From Vampirovibrionaceae bacterium NZW_1234 (GTDB lineage Bacteria; Cyanobacteriota; Vampirovibrionia; Vampirovibrionales; JAGQHJ01): DNA of 25,133 nucleotides. The translations under genes and the position numbers were made by a program. Shown piece by piece: positions 1-9,317 of this stretch (positions are counted from its first letter, which is position 1; every line of letters starts with the position of its first letter). The stretch spans positions 1 through 25,133 of the forward strand of contig JBGUGD010000005.1 in NCBI GenBank assembly GCA_041697335.1, in the 5' to 3' direction. The notes beneath the pieces are model-generated. The model was not told the DNA's origin and searched no databases. It saw only the letters and a program-made list of their open reading frames with translations.

Positions 1-1
1 C

Positions 2-424
2 AAGAAAATCATTCGTCCTGTTATACATGATCAAGGGTCTAAATTCATACTTTTCGGCAAAGATAACTCCACTAATATCAATTTGATTGATGTCCCTTGG
101 GAAAAGGCCAATATAATTAGAACTCAAATTTCAGAAAGGGAGAAAGATATCAATCTGCCTGACTTTGGAAATCATAACGAAGTCATTCTATACATTGATA
201 CAGCCGTTAACCAAACCGAAAAGGAAAAAGTGGGCGATAAGGGTATTATTGAATCTATCTCCAAAGAAGAAGTTTATCTGTTATACCCAAACCCTGAAAT
301 AAAAAAAGAAATACTCGAAGACCCCTTCGGAAAGGCTTATTTGGTCAATGTGGAGGTGCAAACTGTACAAGGTAAACCTTTTGCATACAGAATTTTAGAA
401 ATTCATAAAACCTTTACCCGTTAA
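2..424 (+). CDS. Hypothetical protein, 5'-truncated by the window edge
   Basis: The frame is open from base 2 (KKIIRPVIHDQGSKFILFG...) to TAA at 422-424, so the track's TTG start at 83 is internal. Visibly more AT-rich than neighbouring genes. No recognised motif. Confidence 0.75.
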   Translation, partial: KKIIRPVIHDQGSKFILFGKDNSTNINLIDVPWEKANIIRTQISEREKDINLPDFGNHNEVILYIDTAVNQTEKEKVGDKGIIESISKEEVYLLYPNPEIKKEILEDPFGKAYLVNVEVQTVQGKPFAYRILEIHKTFTR

Positions 425-822
425 TCTCTACGTGTTGTAAAGGGATAGTTGCCAAAAGAATTAAAGAGATTCAAGCCCGAATCCCCCACCTGGGCAGGTT
501 GCTTTTACAAATATACAACTTCACTGAAAACGCCATATACAGGCTCTCCAGGTTAAAATTAGCCTTACGCAACACAGCCCGTCAGCAATGCGCAGAGTCG
601 GGTAACACTTTTTTTACAAACTAACCTAAAATCCCAGAAATTTGTTTTTATCCATATACAAGGAATACAGAGAGTCGATTTTAGCTGAGAACAAGAAAGT
701 GATTTTTTAACGGGCTTTTTATAACAACCCAGGAAACCACAGCATCGTGTCCCACTGCAACACAGACAGGGCCACATCTCTGTGGCTTCGGCAACAAGTA
801 ACGTGAATAAAGTCAGACGTGT

Positions 823-870
823 AACCCCCTTTTTGGATACCCCTGAGGACCGAAAGGGGGTTTGGGTTTT
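823..870. terminator. Stem-loop, candidate intrinsic terminator between convergent genes
   Basis: AACCCCCTTT (823-832) is the exact reverse complement of AAAGGGGGTT (853-862). Followed on + by TGGGTTTT; lies about 40 nt past the cysE stop. Confidence 0.5.
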
Positions 871-901
871 GTCCTCACCAATTTATATCATCGGCACGTT
901 A

Positions 902-1624
902 TCAGGATGAGGACATATCTTCGGGCGACGCAGCTACCACATCCTTTAAACACAGCCCAAATGGCTCTTCCGAGGCTTCACCCTCAGAAACCCCATGCCC
1001 GAGCTGATGCTTCAATTCCTGAACCTGGCGTGCCAAGGCTACAATTACATCGGAGAGCGGATCGTTCACTTCCTTGGGATCCGTAATCACAACCCGCTTG
1101 CCATTACGGAAGACAATATGCCCAGGAACACCCACAATAGTGGAATCCGCCGGAACATCCCGCAGCACAACAGATCCGGCTCCGATACGGCAATTGTCCC
1201 CAACAGTGATATTACCCAGAACATTTGCACCAGCGCCAATAAAGACACCGTTCCCTACCGTAGGATGTCGCTTGCCTTTTTCTTTGCCGGTTCCTCCCAG
1301 AGTCACCCCCTGGTAAATGGTGACATCATCGCCAATAATGGCCGTTTCACCCACCACGACACCCATGCCATGGTCGATAAAAAACCGTCGGCCAATGGTT
1401 GCGCCCGGGTGAATCTCAATGCCGGTAAAAAAGCGGGCCACCTGTGACAGAATTCGAGCCGTCAGCGGAAAATGATGCGTCCAAAGCCAGTGATTGATAC
1501 GGTGCCACCATAGGGCATGAAGACCCGGGTAGCAGACAAGAACTTCCAACAGCGTCTTGGCCGCTGGATCCCGGTCAAAAACCGAGCGGATATCTTCACG
1601 AATTGTAGGAGCCCATCCCAGCAT
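902..1624 (-). CDS. cysE: Serine O-acetyltransferase
   Basis: RDPAA...[49 protein letters not shown] hexapeptide-repeat motifs; 5 nt downstream of cysK. Confidence 0.97.
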   Translation of the reverse strand: MLGWAPTIREDIRSVFDRDPAAKTLLEVLVCYPGLHALWWHRINHWLWTHHFPLTARILSQVARFFTGIEIHPGATIGRRFFIDHGMGVVVGETAIIGDDVTIYQGVTLGGTGKEKGKRHPTVGNGVFIGAGANVLGNITVGDNCRIGAGSVVLRDVPADSTIVGVPGHIVFRNGKRVVITDPKEVNDPLSDVIVALARQVQELKHQLGHGVSEGEASEEPFGLCLKDVVAASPEDMSSS

Positions 1625-1629
1625 AACGA

Positions 1630-2595
1630 CTAAACCGCAACAGCTGTCATCTGCTGAACTTCAGCCCGCAGATCATCAAAAAGCACCGAACTGAGATAAC
1701 GTTCCCCAAAGCTTGGGATAATCACCACAATCAACTTGTTGATGTTCTCAGGACGTTGGGCTAGATTCAGCGCGGCCTGAACAGCAGCCCCCGAAGAAAT
1801 CCCGACCAGGAGCCCTTCCTCCTGTGCCAAGCGCCGTGCCATCTCGACGGCCTCGGCACTGGTCACCTGAATGACCTCATCAATCAGATCCGTACGTAGA
1901 ATCTCAGGAACAAACCCGGCACCGATACCTTGAATTTTATGCGGACCCGGCTGCCCTCCGGACAAAACCGGGCTTTCGGCAGGCTCCACGGCAATTGCCT
2001 TAAATTCAGGTTTTTTAGGCTTAATATACTCCGCTACTCCGGTAATGGTACCACCTGTGCCGACCCCGGCAACCAGAATATCCACATTACCTTCCGTGTC
2101 CTCCCAAATTTCAGGACCGGTCGTTTCCCGATGAATTTTGGGATTGGCCGGATTGGTAAACTGTTGAAGCATATAAGCGTTGGGCGTTTGAGCCACCAAT
2201 TCCTCGGCTTTGGCCAACGCCCCTTTCATTCCCTGGGCGCCTGGGGTCAAGACCAGTTCTGCCCCAAAGGCCCGAAGCACCAAGCGACGTTCCATACTCA
2301 TGGTGTCTGGCATGGTCAAAATCAAGCGGTAGCCCTTACTGGCCGCAAGAAACGCCAACGCTATACCTGTGTTACCACTGGTGGGCTCAATCAAAACCGT
2401 TTTCCCCGGGGTAATCAGACCCGCTTTTTCGGCCTCAGCAATCATGCTGGCCCCAATCCGGTCTTTAACGCTATTACATGGGTTCATGCTTTCCAATTTG
2501 GCAACAACGGTTGCTTTACACCCTTGAGAAACCCGGTTCAAATAAACCAGGGGCGTTGATCCAATGAGGTCAGACACATTCTGAGCAATCTTCAT
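1630..2595 (-). CDS. cysK: Cysteine synthase A (O-acetylserine sulfhydrylase)
   Basis: SVKDRIG (PLP lysine), [39 protein letters not shown]. Start moved to ATG 2595 (or 2598) because SD GGAAAGGAG lies at 2610-2602. Confidence 0.97.
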   Translation of the reverse strand: MKIAQNVSDLIGSTPLVYLNRVSQGCKATVVAKLESMNPCNSVKDRIGASMIAEAEKAGLITPGKTVLIEPTSGNTGIALAFLAASKGYRLILTMPDTMSMERRLVLRAFGAELVLTPGAQGMKGALAKAEELVAQTPNAYMLQQFTNPANPKIHRETTGPEIWEDTEGNVDILVAGVGTGGTITGVAEYIKPKKPEFKAIAVEPAESPVLSGGQPGPHKIQGIGAGFVPEILRTDLIDEVIQVTSAEAVEMARRLAQEEGLLVGISSGAAVQAALNLAQRPENINKLIVVIIPSFGERYLSSVLFDDLRAEVQQMTAVAV

Positions 2596-2995
2596 CATGG
2601 ACTCCTTTCCGTTTGGGTTGGCAAACCCATCACACACAGCGTTGCTTCTACTTCCTAATCAAAACACATTCACAAGTCAATTCAACCCCCATGGCTGAAG
2701 GAAGACACTGGCACTCCCATCTGTGGCGGAGTCATGTGACGTCAGCATGGGGGCTCATGCAGCGGGTCGAACTTCATGGAACTTAACATCTGGGTCATGC
2801 CTGACAGGGGTCGTCAAAAATGCCAAAATGCCAGGAAATTCAGCCTTCTTCCCTGGTAATCTTTACTCTCATCAGAGAATGAGACAAACGTCACAAGTAA
2901 AACGTCCCTCCCTTTATGCTAGGCACGATCATGGCTTTATGGTATATCCTATGGTCACGGCTTCAAGAGCCGTATTGTTACGAAGGGTATGATTC

Positions 2996-3700
2996 ATGCA
3001 GATTCGGTTTATGCCGCAAGGGCGGCTACACCCGACAATCCCAACGGCCCCCCTGGAAATCCCAGAGCCCACCAACGCCCCAATGGGCCGTCCGATTTCG
3101 CGTTTTGGCAGTTGGCTGATTGCTGAACCGTGGGTGGCTTCTTACAAAGAGGGGATGGAACTGCATGCCCGACTGTCTCAAAAGGCCTTTGGTCAACCCG
3201 CACTCAAGCAACAGGTTCGCCACGTCGTTGACGCTTTTGCCGATTGCATTGCCTACGGCGATGCCGATACCACTCGCCGGTTTAATCACGCCAAGGCCAG
3301 CCTCGAACAAAGTTTAATTCGCCAAGGAACACCATTAAGTCCGAAGAACCCCTTGCAACTGCTTTTAACCCGAACAGACATGCTTCAGGAAGCAAACCTA
3401 CCAGGAATCGACCTGTCGAACACCCTTATAATGACCCCAATGAACATTGGGAATTTTGTTTCTCTGACTGGAACCCAAATGCCTTTAGCAAACCTGAAAG
3501 GCTTTGACACCAGCGGCCGAATCCTGATGGGCCCCAACACTTGCCTCAAGGGTGCAAAGTATGACGAAAACACACTTCACTCCAAACATTACAGCCATGT
3601 GAAATCTTTGGCAAAAGCCCACGCCATGATCTTCGAAGGGTCCTCTGTTCAGTGGCTGCTGCGGAAACTGACCGACGGTCATAAAAAGCAGGAATCGTAA
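2996..3700 (+). CDS. Hypothetical protein with degenerate pentapeptide-like repeats in its C-terminal half
   Basis: 234-aa ORF filling the gap. Contains LQEANLPGIDLSNT, LTGTQMPLANLKG and LKGAKYDENT; Pro-rich N-terminus. Confidence 0.7.
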   Translation: MQIRFMPQGRLHPTIPTAPLEIPEPTNAPMGRPISRFGSWLIAEPWVASYKEGMELHARLSQKAFGQPALKQQVRHVVDAFADCIAYGDADTTRRFNHAKASLEQSLIRQGTPLSPKNPLQLLLTRTDMLQEANLPGIDLSNTLIMTPMNIGNFVSLTGTQMPLANLKGFDTSGRILMGPNTCLKGAKYDENTLHSKHYSHVKSLAKAHAMIFEGSSVQWLLRKLTDGHKKQES

Positions 3701-3723
3701 ACTCTCCCCGTTCACCCCGTGTG

Positions 3724-4422
3724 TCAGGACTTTAGCTCATCGGACTGAACCTGACCATCCAGGATAGAGATAATGCGGTCACTTCGGTCGGCAAGCAAGC
3801 GTTCATGGGTGACAATGACAAAGGTCACGCCTTCATGTTGATGAATTTCCCGCATCAAATCATACACAGCCAAGCCGGTTTTATGATCCAAGGCCCCGGT
3901 TGGCTCATCGGCAAAAACAATTTCCGGCGAGTTGACCAACGCCCGAGCAATCGCCACCCGCTGATTTTGCCCTCCCGAAAGCTCTCGGGGCAAATGGTGC
4001 ATTCGATCTCCCAGGCCGATGCGGTTTAAAAGCTCTTTAGCCTTATCAATTCTGTCAGCACTGGACTCCCCCAAAATACGACACGGCATAACCACGTTTT
4101 CCAATGCCGTAAACTCCGGCAACAGCAAGTGGGCCTGGAAAATAAAGCCAATCTTCCGATTGCGAAAAAACGAGCGCTGGCGTTCGCTCCACTTGGCCGT
4201 ATTGTCACCCAGATAGGTAACAGCCCCGGAGGAAGGGGTATCCAGAAGCCCGAGCAAATTCATCAAGGTACTCTTCCCTGAACCGCTAGGGCCAATAATG
4301 CTGATGAACTCCTGATGCCGAATGGTCAGGTTAACCTGATTAATGGCATAAACCGGCTGAGATCCACCATAAACCTTCATCAGATCCTGAGTTTGCAATA
4401 AAATATCGTCTGGATTCATCAT
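3724..4422 (-). CDS. ABC transporter ATP-binding protein, LolD/MacB-NBD family
   Basis: Walker A GPSGSGKST, IGFIFQ, LSGGQNQRVAIARAL, ADEPTGALD, VTHE. Confidence 0.95.
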   Translation of the reverse strand: MMNPDDILLQTQDLMKVYGGSQPVYAINQVNLTIRHQEFISIIGPSGSGKSTLMNLLGLLDTPSSGAVTYLGDNTAKWSERQRSFFRNRKIGFIFQAHLLLPEFTALENVVMPCRILGESSADRIDKAKELLNRIGLGDRMHHLPRELSGGQNQRVAIARALVNSPEIVFADEPTGALDHKTGLAVYDLMREIHQHEGVTFVIVTHERLLADRSDRIISILDGQVQSDELKS

Positions 4423-4428
4423 AGAACG

Positions 4429-5676
4429 CTACTTGTTAATGGCATCAACGGGGTTCAGACGGCTGGCCTGCCAAGCGGGCAACAGACTCGCCAAAAAGCT
4501 GCTAATCATGGCGTACATCACCGCGAGCATCGTAAAGGGGATATTCATGACAATGGGTTTTCGCTCAAAGCCCAAGGAACTTTCCATCTTGGCAATGGGG
4601 CTGGCGTTATACAATTCGATGATTCCCTGGCCGCCAAAAACACCAAGCACCGCCCCAATAAGGCTAAGAACCATGGCTTGAATCATAAACAACCGCATGA
4701 TCTGCCCCGGCTGAGCCCCCATGGCCTTGAGTATCCCAATTTCCTTGGACTTGGAACTCACCACCATAATCAAGATGCTGGTAATACTGGAAGCCGCCGC
4801 AAAGACAATGAGAAAACTAATGAAACTGATAATCACCCGAAAGCTCTTGAGTTCATCAAGAAGCAGTTTGTTCTGTTCCATCCAGCTTTCGGCCTTCAGC
4901 CCGTAGCGCAGCCTTATGTCCTGGGCAATGGCATCCGCCTGATAGGGGTCCGTGACCCGAAGCCCAATGGACGTGACCGTCGAAGACATATCCAAAAGCT
5001 TTTGGGCGGCGGTTAAACTGGTAATTACCGTGCTGTAGTCCTTGGCATAGAGGCCGGTACTCAAAGTCCCCACTACTTTAAAGCTGCGGGTCCCCTGGGA
5101 GGTAACCAGCTGCACACGGCTTCCCAAATCGACTCCCAACTCTTCAGCAAGCTTTCGCCCGAGAAAAACCTCATTGCTGTGTAAATCCGACAGATCCCCT
5201 TTCTCTACATCCCCGGAGATGTGGGTCATTTTCTCTTCCAGATTGGGCACAATCCCTTGCAAGTCCGCCCCCATAACCTTACTGCCCCGAACCACAATAA
5301 TATGTTCAGAGACATACGGCGCCACGGTCACCACATCGGGTTCCTCGGCCAGACGTTGCATCAGGGTGCGATAGCCCAAAATATTGCGCTTTCGGCTCAA
5401 GGTCTTATCCGAGATCCGCACTTCCTCGGGGCCAGGGAACCAGGGCTGCAGTAATTGACGATTACGCTCTTTGGTCTTCATTTCTCGGGAAATGGTAATA
5501 CTGGGGGCCTTCTCGACGGCTCGCTCCAACATACGACCATAAAAGGACATATTGGCCGAGGGAATAAAGACGATAAGAGAGACGCCAATACCCACGGCAA
5601 ACATCACAATAAAGGACTGCTTGATATTGGCCTTAATATAGCGGGCTGCAATATACAACTCCAAAGGCAACGCCAT
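4429..5676 (-). CDS. ABC transporter permease, FtsX/MacB/LolE-like
   Basis: One N-terminal TM helix, a large periplasmic loop and three C-terminal TM helices. KSKEIGILKAMGA and PAWQASRLNPVDAI motifs. Confidence 0.93.
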   Translation of the reverse strand: MALPLELYIAARYIKANIKQSFIVMFAVGIGVSLIVFIPSANMSFYGRMLERAVEKAPSITISREMKTKERNRQLLQPWFPGPEEVRISDKTLSRKRNILGYRTLMQRLAEEPDVVTVAPYVSEHIIVVRGSKVMGADLQGIVPNLEEKMTHISGDVEKGDLSDLHSNEVFLGRKLAEELGVDLGSRVQLVTSQGTRSFKVVGTLSTGLYAKDYSTVITSLTAAQKLLDMSSTVTSIGLRVTDPYQADAIAQDIRLRYGLKAESWMEQNKLLLDELKSFRVIISFISFLIVFAAASSITSILIMVVSSKSKEIGILKAMGAQPGQIMRLFMIQAMVLSLIGAVLGVFGGQGIIELYNASPIAKMESSLGFERKPIVMNIPFTMLAVMYAMISSFLASLLPAWQASRLNPVDAINK

Positions 5677-5682
5677 ATCAAA

Positions 5683-7020
5683 TCAGCTTTCTGTCTTGGG
5701 CTTACGGATTAATGGCGCCACACGCGGTTTTTCCAACAGCGTGGGATTGGCAATTTCGGCAATGTGATCCCCTGAACCCAAACCCTGAAGAACCTCATAG
5801 GATTCTGAAGACACCCGACGCAGGGTCACGGGCCGCGCCACCATTTTATTGCCTTCAAACCGATACACCACTGGCCCTCTCTTGGTCCGCTCGACAGCGG
5901 TGCTGGGAATTAAAATCCGATTTCGAACGGTTGCCGTCATCAGATTAATATCGGCCGTCATCCCCGGTCGAAGAGACAAGCCACCTAAACCTCGGAGCGC
6001 CTCCGGTGTAAAGTGAATCGTCACCTCCACCGTTCCGTTCTCCCGGTTCACCTCTTGCCCGATTTGCGTCACGAACCCTTTCAATGCCAAATCGGGCTTG
6101 GCATCCAAAACCACATACGCAGTAGTCCCCATACGGACTTGCGAGAGATCGGACTCTTCAACATAGGCAACCACCTCAAACGTCGCCGGGTTTACCACCC
6201 GTAAAATAGCTTGCCCAGGCCGAGCAGCTTCACCAGTGTCCTGGAGACGTTTTACCACGACACCGGCAAAAGGAACTGAAAGCTGACGATAAACTTGACG
6301 GGATTGGGCCGCCTGCAAGTTTCCGATAGCAGACTCATAGCCGCCTCGGGCCTGCTCGATTTCCGCCTGCGTAGGTCCTCGCTGGGCTCGCATGAGTTCT
6401 TCGGCAGCCTGACGAACCCGAAGCTGGGCCGCCCGAATTTCAGCCTGCCGGGCATCAACCTGTCGCCGGGATTGCTGCTCCTGGCGCAACACCTGTTCCA
6501 GATCGCGTTGGGACACATATTCCCTAGCCCGAAGAGAACGATACCGCTGAGCATCTTGGACAGCATCCTGGTATGCCCACTGATCCGCTTCTAAAAGCGC
6601 TTTTTGACGCGACACTTCAGCCTGAGCTTCACGTCGTTCGGCTTCCAGGCGACGAATATCTTCCGGCCGAGTCCCCTGCTGTTGAACGCGAAGCGCAGCT
6701 CGGGCTTCTTCTGCTGCCCCACGGGCCTGGGCAATTTGCCCTTGCAGATCCTGGGTGGTCAAGGAGACCAAAACCTGCCCGGCACGAAAGGCTTGTCCTT
6801 CATCGACAGCAATGTTTGAAATCAAGGCCTGCTCAGGAGAAGAAATATTGACCGTCGTATCTGCTCGGACTTCCCCGGTAACCGTCACGGACAGCACCGC
6901 ATTAGTAGGTTTGACGGCAATTGCAGTAACGGCCTCCGGCTGCAAATGATTATAAGCATATAAGCCGCCCACAAGTGCAAAGAAGCCCACGAGAATTAGC
7001 GCGTAATGAAAAGGTCTCAT
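5683..7020 (-). CDS. Efflux periplasmic adaptor (membrane fusion protein, HlyD/MacA family)
   Basis: N-terminal membrane anchor, lipoyl-like halves (VDEGQ..AGQVL; PFAGVV), long coiled coil, LRPGMTA and IPSTAV motifs; directly upstream of the permease and ATPase. Confidence 0.92.
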   Translation of the reverse strand: MRPFHYALILVGFFALVGGLYAYNHLQPEAVTAIAVKPTNAVLSVTVTGEVRADTTVNISSPEQALISNIAVDEGQAFRAGQVLVSLTTQDLQGQIAQARGAAEEARAALRVQQQGTRPEDIRRLEAERREAQAEVSRQKALLEADQWAYQDAVQDAQRYRSLRAREYVSQRDLEQVLRQEQQSRRQVDARQAEIRAAQLRVRQAAEELMRAQRGPTQAEIEQARGGYESAIGNLQAAQSRQVYRQLSVPFAGVVVKRLQDTGEAARPGQAILRVVNPATFEVVAYVEESDLSQVRMGTTAYVVLDAKPDLALKGFVTQIGQEVNRENGTVEVTIHFTPEALRGLGGLSLRPGMTADINLMTATVRNRILIPSTAVERTKRGPVVYRFEGNKMVARPVTLRRVSSESYEVLQGLGSGDHIAEIANPTLLEKPRVAPLIRKPKTES

Positions 7021-7095
7021 CCAAAAGCAATCGAGATTTGTCTAAACTGATTCAGAATACCATGTGCTAATCCCAAGCAGTATGATATCCCTCCC

Positions 7096-8493
7096 TCAAA
7101 CCCCGGCAGCCTCAGAAGCGGATGCCTCAATCTTGTTAATAATGGTCAATTCCTTACCATGCAGGGTTCGCTCAAAAGCCTCGGTCTGCTCGAAGGTAAT
7201 TTCCATCGGGCATTCGGTCCAACGCTGTATTTGGTCCACCACAAGCTGGAGTGATTGTTGATGGGTTTCAATGAAATTGGGATGCGAAGATCGTAATTTG
7301 ACGTGCAGTCGCCCCGGTGCCAATTGGAGTATTTGATACTTTTTTAAGTTTGGAACAACATCAAACGCCTCTTCTATGAAGATGTTGTTAAAGAGCTGCC
7401 CGTTAGGCAACACGATTTTTTGATTAATGCGCCCCGTCAACAGAACCATGCTTTCCCATTCCCGACCACATCGGCACAGCTTTGAGGGAGCCATAATGCC
7501 CCGATCACCAATTTCATAGCGGATCAGCGGCATCGAATAATTATGGAGGCTGGTTAACAGAATCCGGCCTTCTTCCCCAAAGGGCATTGGCTGGTTGTTC
7601 TCATCCACCACTTCAATCAGGAGGTTCATCGGGTTAATATGCATGCCACTTTGATAAAGGCATTCGCAGGCAATATCCCCAGCCTCACGACTGCCATAAC
7701 GATTTAAGACCTTTGTCCCAAAAGCGGTCTCAATCACCGTGCGCATATTGGGTGTCAGCATGGCTGCCGTTGTAAACACAGCATCTAAGTGCCGTTCAAG
7801 CGGGAAGGATTCTTCGAGAGCAAATTGAGCCAATTCGTAGGCTTCGTTGGCATAGGCCATCATATGATGACAATCGGTCTGAATATTGATGATATTAAGG
7901 TGACGACGGTGGACTTCCGGGGAAACTACCGCCGTATCCAATATTCGACGCCCTTGAAGAAAGCCCATCATTAACCACTTGTGGAACAATCGTCGCTGAG
8001 CATCCAGATCATGTTCGGAAGCCCACAGTAAAAAATAAGGCTTGCCCAAGTCTAACCCTGCCCAGCTGTTGACAAAGAAGTAAGAGGCGTGGATCCAGTC
8101 TTTCACATATTTATCATGGGCAATAAATACGGGCGAAGCCGTAGAGCCACCCGTCCCGGAATAAAACATGCCTCGTTCATGGGCGTTTAGGTGGAGAAGC
8201 TCCCCACCCAATGAATGAACGTCCAAACGGGTTAATGGAGGAATGGCCGTCCAATTTTCAAGATGTGGCTTCTGATTCTGGATAACTCCGGCTTCTGTTA
8301 AACGCTTTCGGTAGAATGGAACCCACCGATAGGCCTCTTGAACAAGCGCTTCTAAAAGCTCGTTTCGGTCCTGTTCAAGACGAGAGAACGGTTGAAATTG
8401 ATTCTCCAGCATCGCCTGCAATACTTGAGGGAACCGAGATTTCTGGCATCGTTTTATCCCGTTGTATAAAAATGCTTTTACACCGTGGCTCAT
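7096..8493 (-). CDS. Phenylacetate-CoA ligase / CapK-like adenylate-forming enzyme
   Basis: VPFYRKR, P-loop TGGSTASP, YGSREAG, GRILLTSLHNYSMPLIRYEIGD, CRCGR, GR. Confidence 0.88.
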   Translation of the reverse strand: MSHGVKAFLYNGIKRCQKSRFPQVLQAMLENQFQPFSRLEQDRNELLEALVQEAYRWVPFYRKRLTEAGVIQNQKPHLENWTAIPPLTRLDVHSLGGELLHLNAHERGMFYSGTGGSTASPVFIAHDKYVKDWIHASYFFVNSWAGLDLGKPYFLLWASEHDLDAQRRLFHKWLMMGFLQGRRILDTAVVSPEVHRRHLNIINIQTDCHHMMAYANEAYELAQFALEESFPLERHLDAVFTTAAMLTPNMRTVIETAFGTKVLNRYGSREAGDIACECLYQSGMHINPMNLLIEVVDENNQPMPFGEEGRILLTSLHNYSMPLIRYEIGDRGIMAPSKLCRCGREWESMVLLTGRINQKIVLPNGQLFNNIFIEEAFDVVPNLKKYQILQLAPGRLHVKLRSSHPNFIETHQQSLQLVVDQIQRWTECPMEITFEQTEAFERTLHGKELTIINKIEASASEAAGV

Positions 8494-8709
8494 CGCTTAT
8501 CCTTTACCTGACCACACCCATTCTCAAGTCGATACAGTGGTCCCTATAACTCATACATCACGATCCAAAGCGTATTTTGGAACACTGCAATTTTGCCCCC
8601 TCATTATAAGAAAGGGCCAATTTCCGCTTATGACTAAGCTGGCTTAAGCTAACCAGACAATTTCAGCCCCATGCCATGCCAAACCTCCTGCAATAACGAC
8701 ATTTATAGC

Positions 8710-8727
8710 AATGTAACAGAATGTAAC
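8710..8727 (-). promoter_or_regulatory. Tandem direct repeat, HLR1-like (OmpR-family) binding site
   Basis: Minus strand reads GTTACATT-CT-GTTACATT, in the divergent intergenic region 8494-8873. Confidence 0.5.
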
Positions 8728-8873
8728 AACTTCCAAAAAACTAGCACAAGAATTTTTTCACTGGCTTCTATACACCCAGAAATCGGATCGTAGTGGAAAA
8801 ATATCCCCCTTAACTGAATCCGCCACTACTAGTAAGATTAGATGTAAGTTAAATACCAAATGGTAAGGATAAG

Positions 8874-9167
8874 ATGAACATGTCTAAGATGACCGTAATC
8901 GACGATCAGCATTCTGATAGCACAATCAGTGGCATTAACCTCGATATCACTGATGCTGATGGTGTTGGCACACGCTTTTTGGAAAGCTTTAATCAATTTA
9001 TCCAGTCAAAGAAAGAAGAAGCGGTTCTTGAACTTTTAAGAGAAGAGTTTCCGCACTTGGCCGATGACGAAAATTTTGTACAAAACGTTGTAAACAAGCT
9101 TGATCACACCAGCGTTGCCGAGAAACGCTTTGTCTTCCTGGTCATGAACCCAAACCTCCGGAAATAG
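8874..9167 (+). CDS. Small acidic hypothetical protein
   Basis: 97-aa ORF preceded by TAAGGA; protein-like composition; no competing long ORF. Confidence 0.7.
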   Translation: MNMSKMTVIDDQHSDSTISGINLDITDADGVGTRFLESFNQFIQSKKEEAVLELLREEFPHLADDENFVQNVVNKLDHTSVAEKRFVFLVMNPNLRK

Positions 9168-9317
9168 AATTCCTTGAGGGAGTGAGCGACCCAGTCAGGT
9201 TGCGGGGCCCCAGGTTATTGTTAACAAAGATTACAAAATACGCCTCAAAAGGCCGCTCTATTCAATCTGCAACTTCCTTTGACGACACCTCTGATACCAG
9301 AGGAGTTCAAGAAGAGA

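Noticed and set aside
565..777. 70-aa Cys-rich ORF on the minus strand
   Set aside because: No SD, no recognisable family, and it overlaps the structured intergenic element; probably spurious.
730..820. Fragments resembling a cobalamin riboswitch (TGTCCCACTGCAA, GCCAC, AAGTCAGA)
   Set aside because: The GGGAA, CGGTG and full B12-box elements are missing, and no gene follows on that strand.
2600..2890. T-box or SAM-I riboswitch upstream of cysK
   Set aside because: No GGTGG-ACCGCG T-box and no AUC-AGAG...GCAACC...GUGC SAM-I core on the minus strand.
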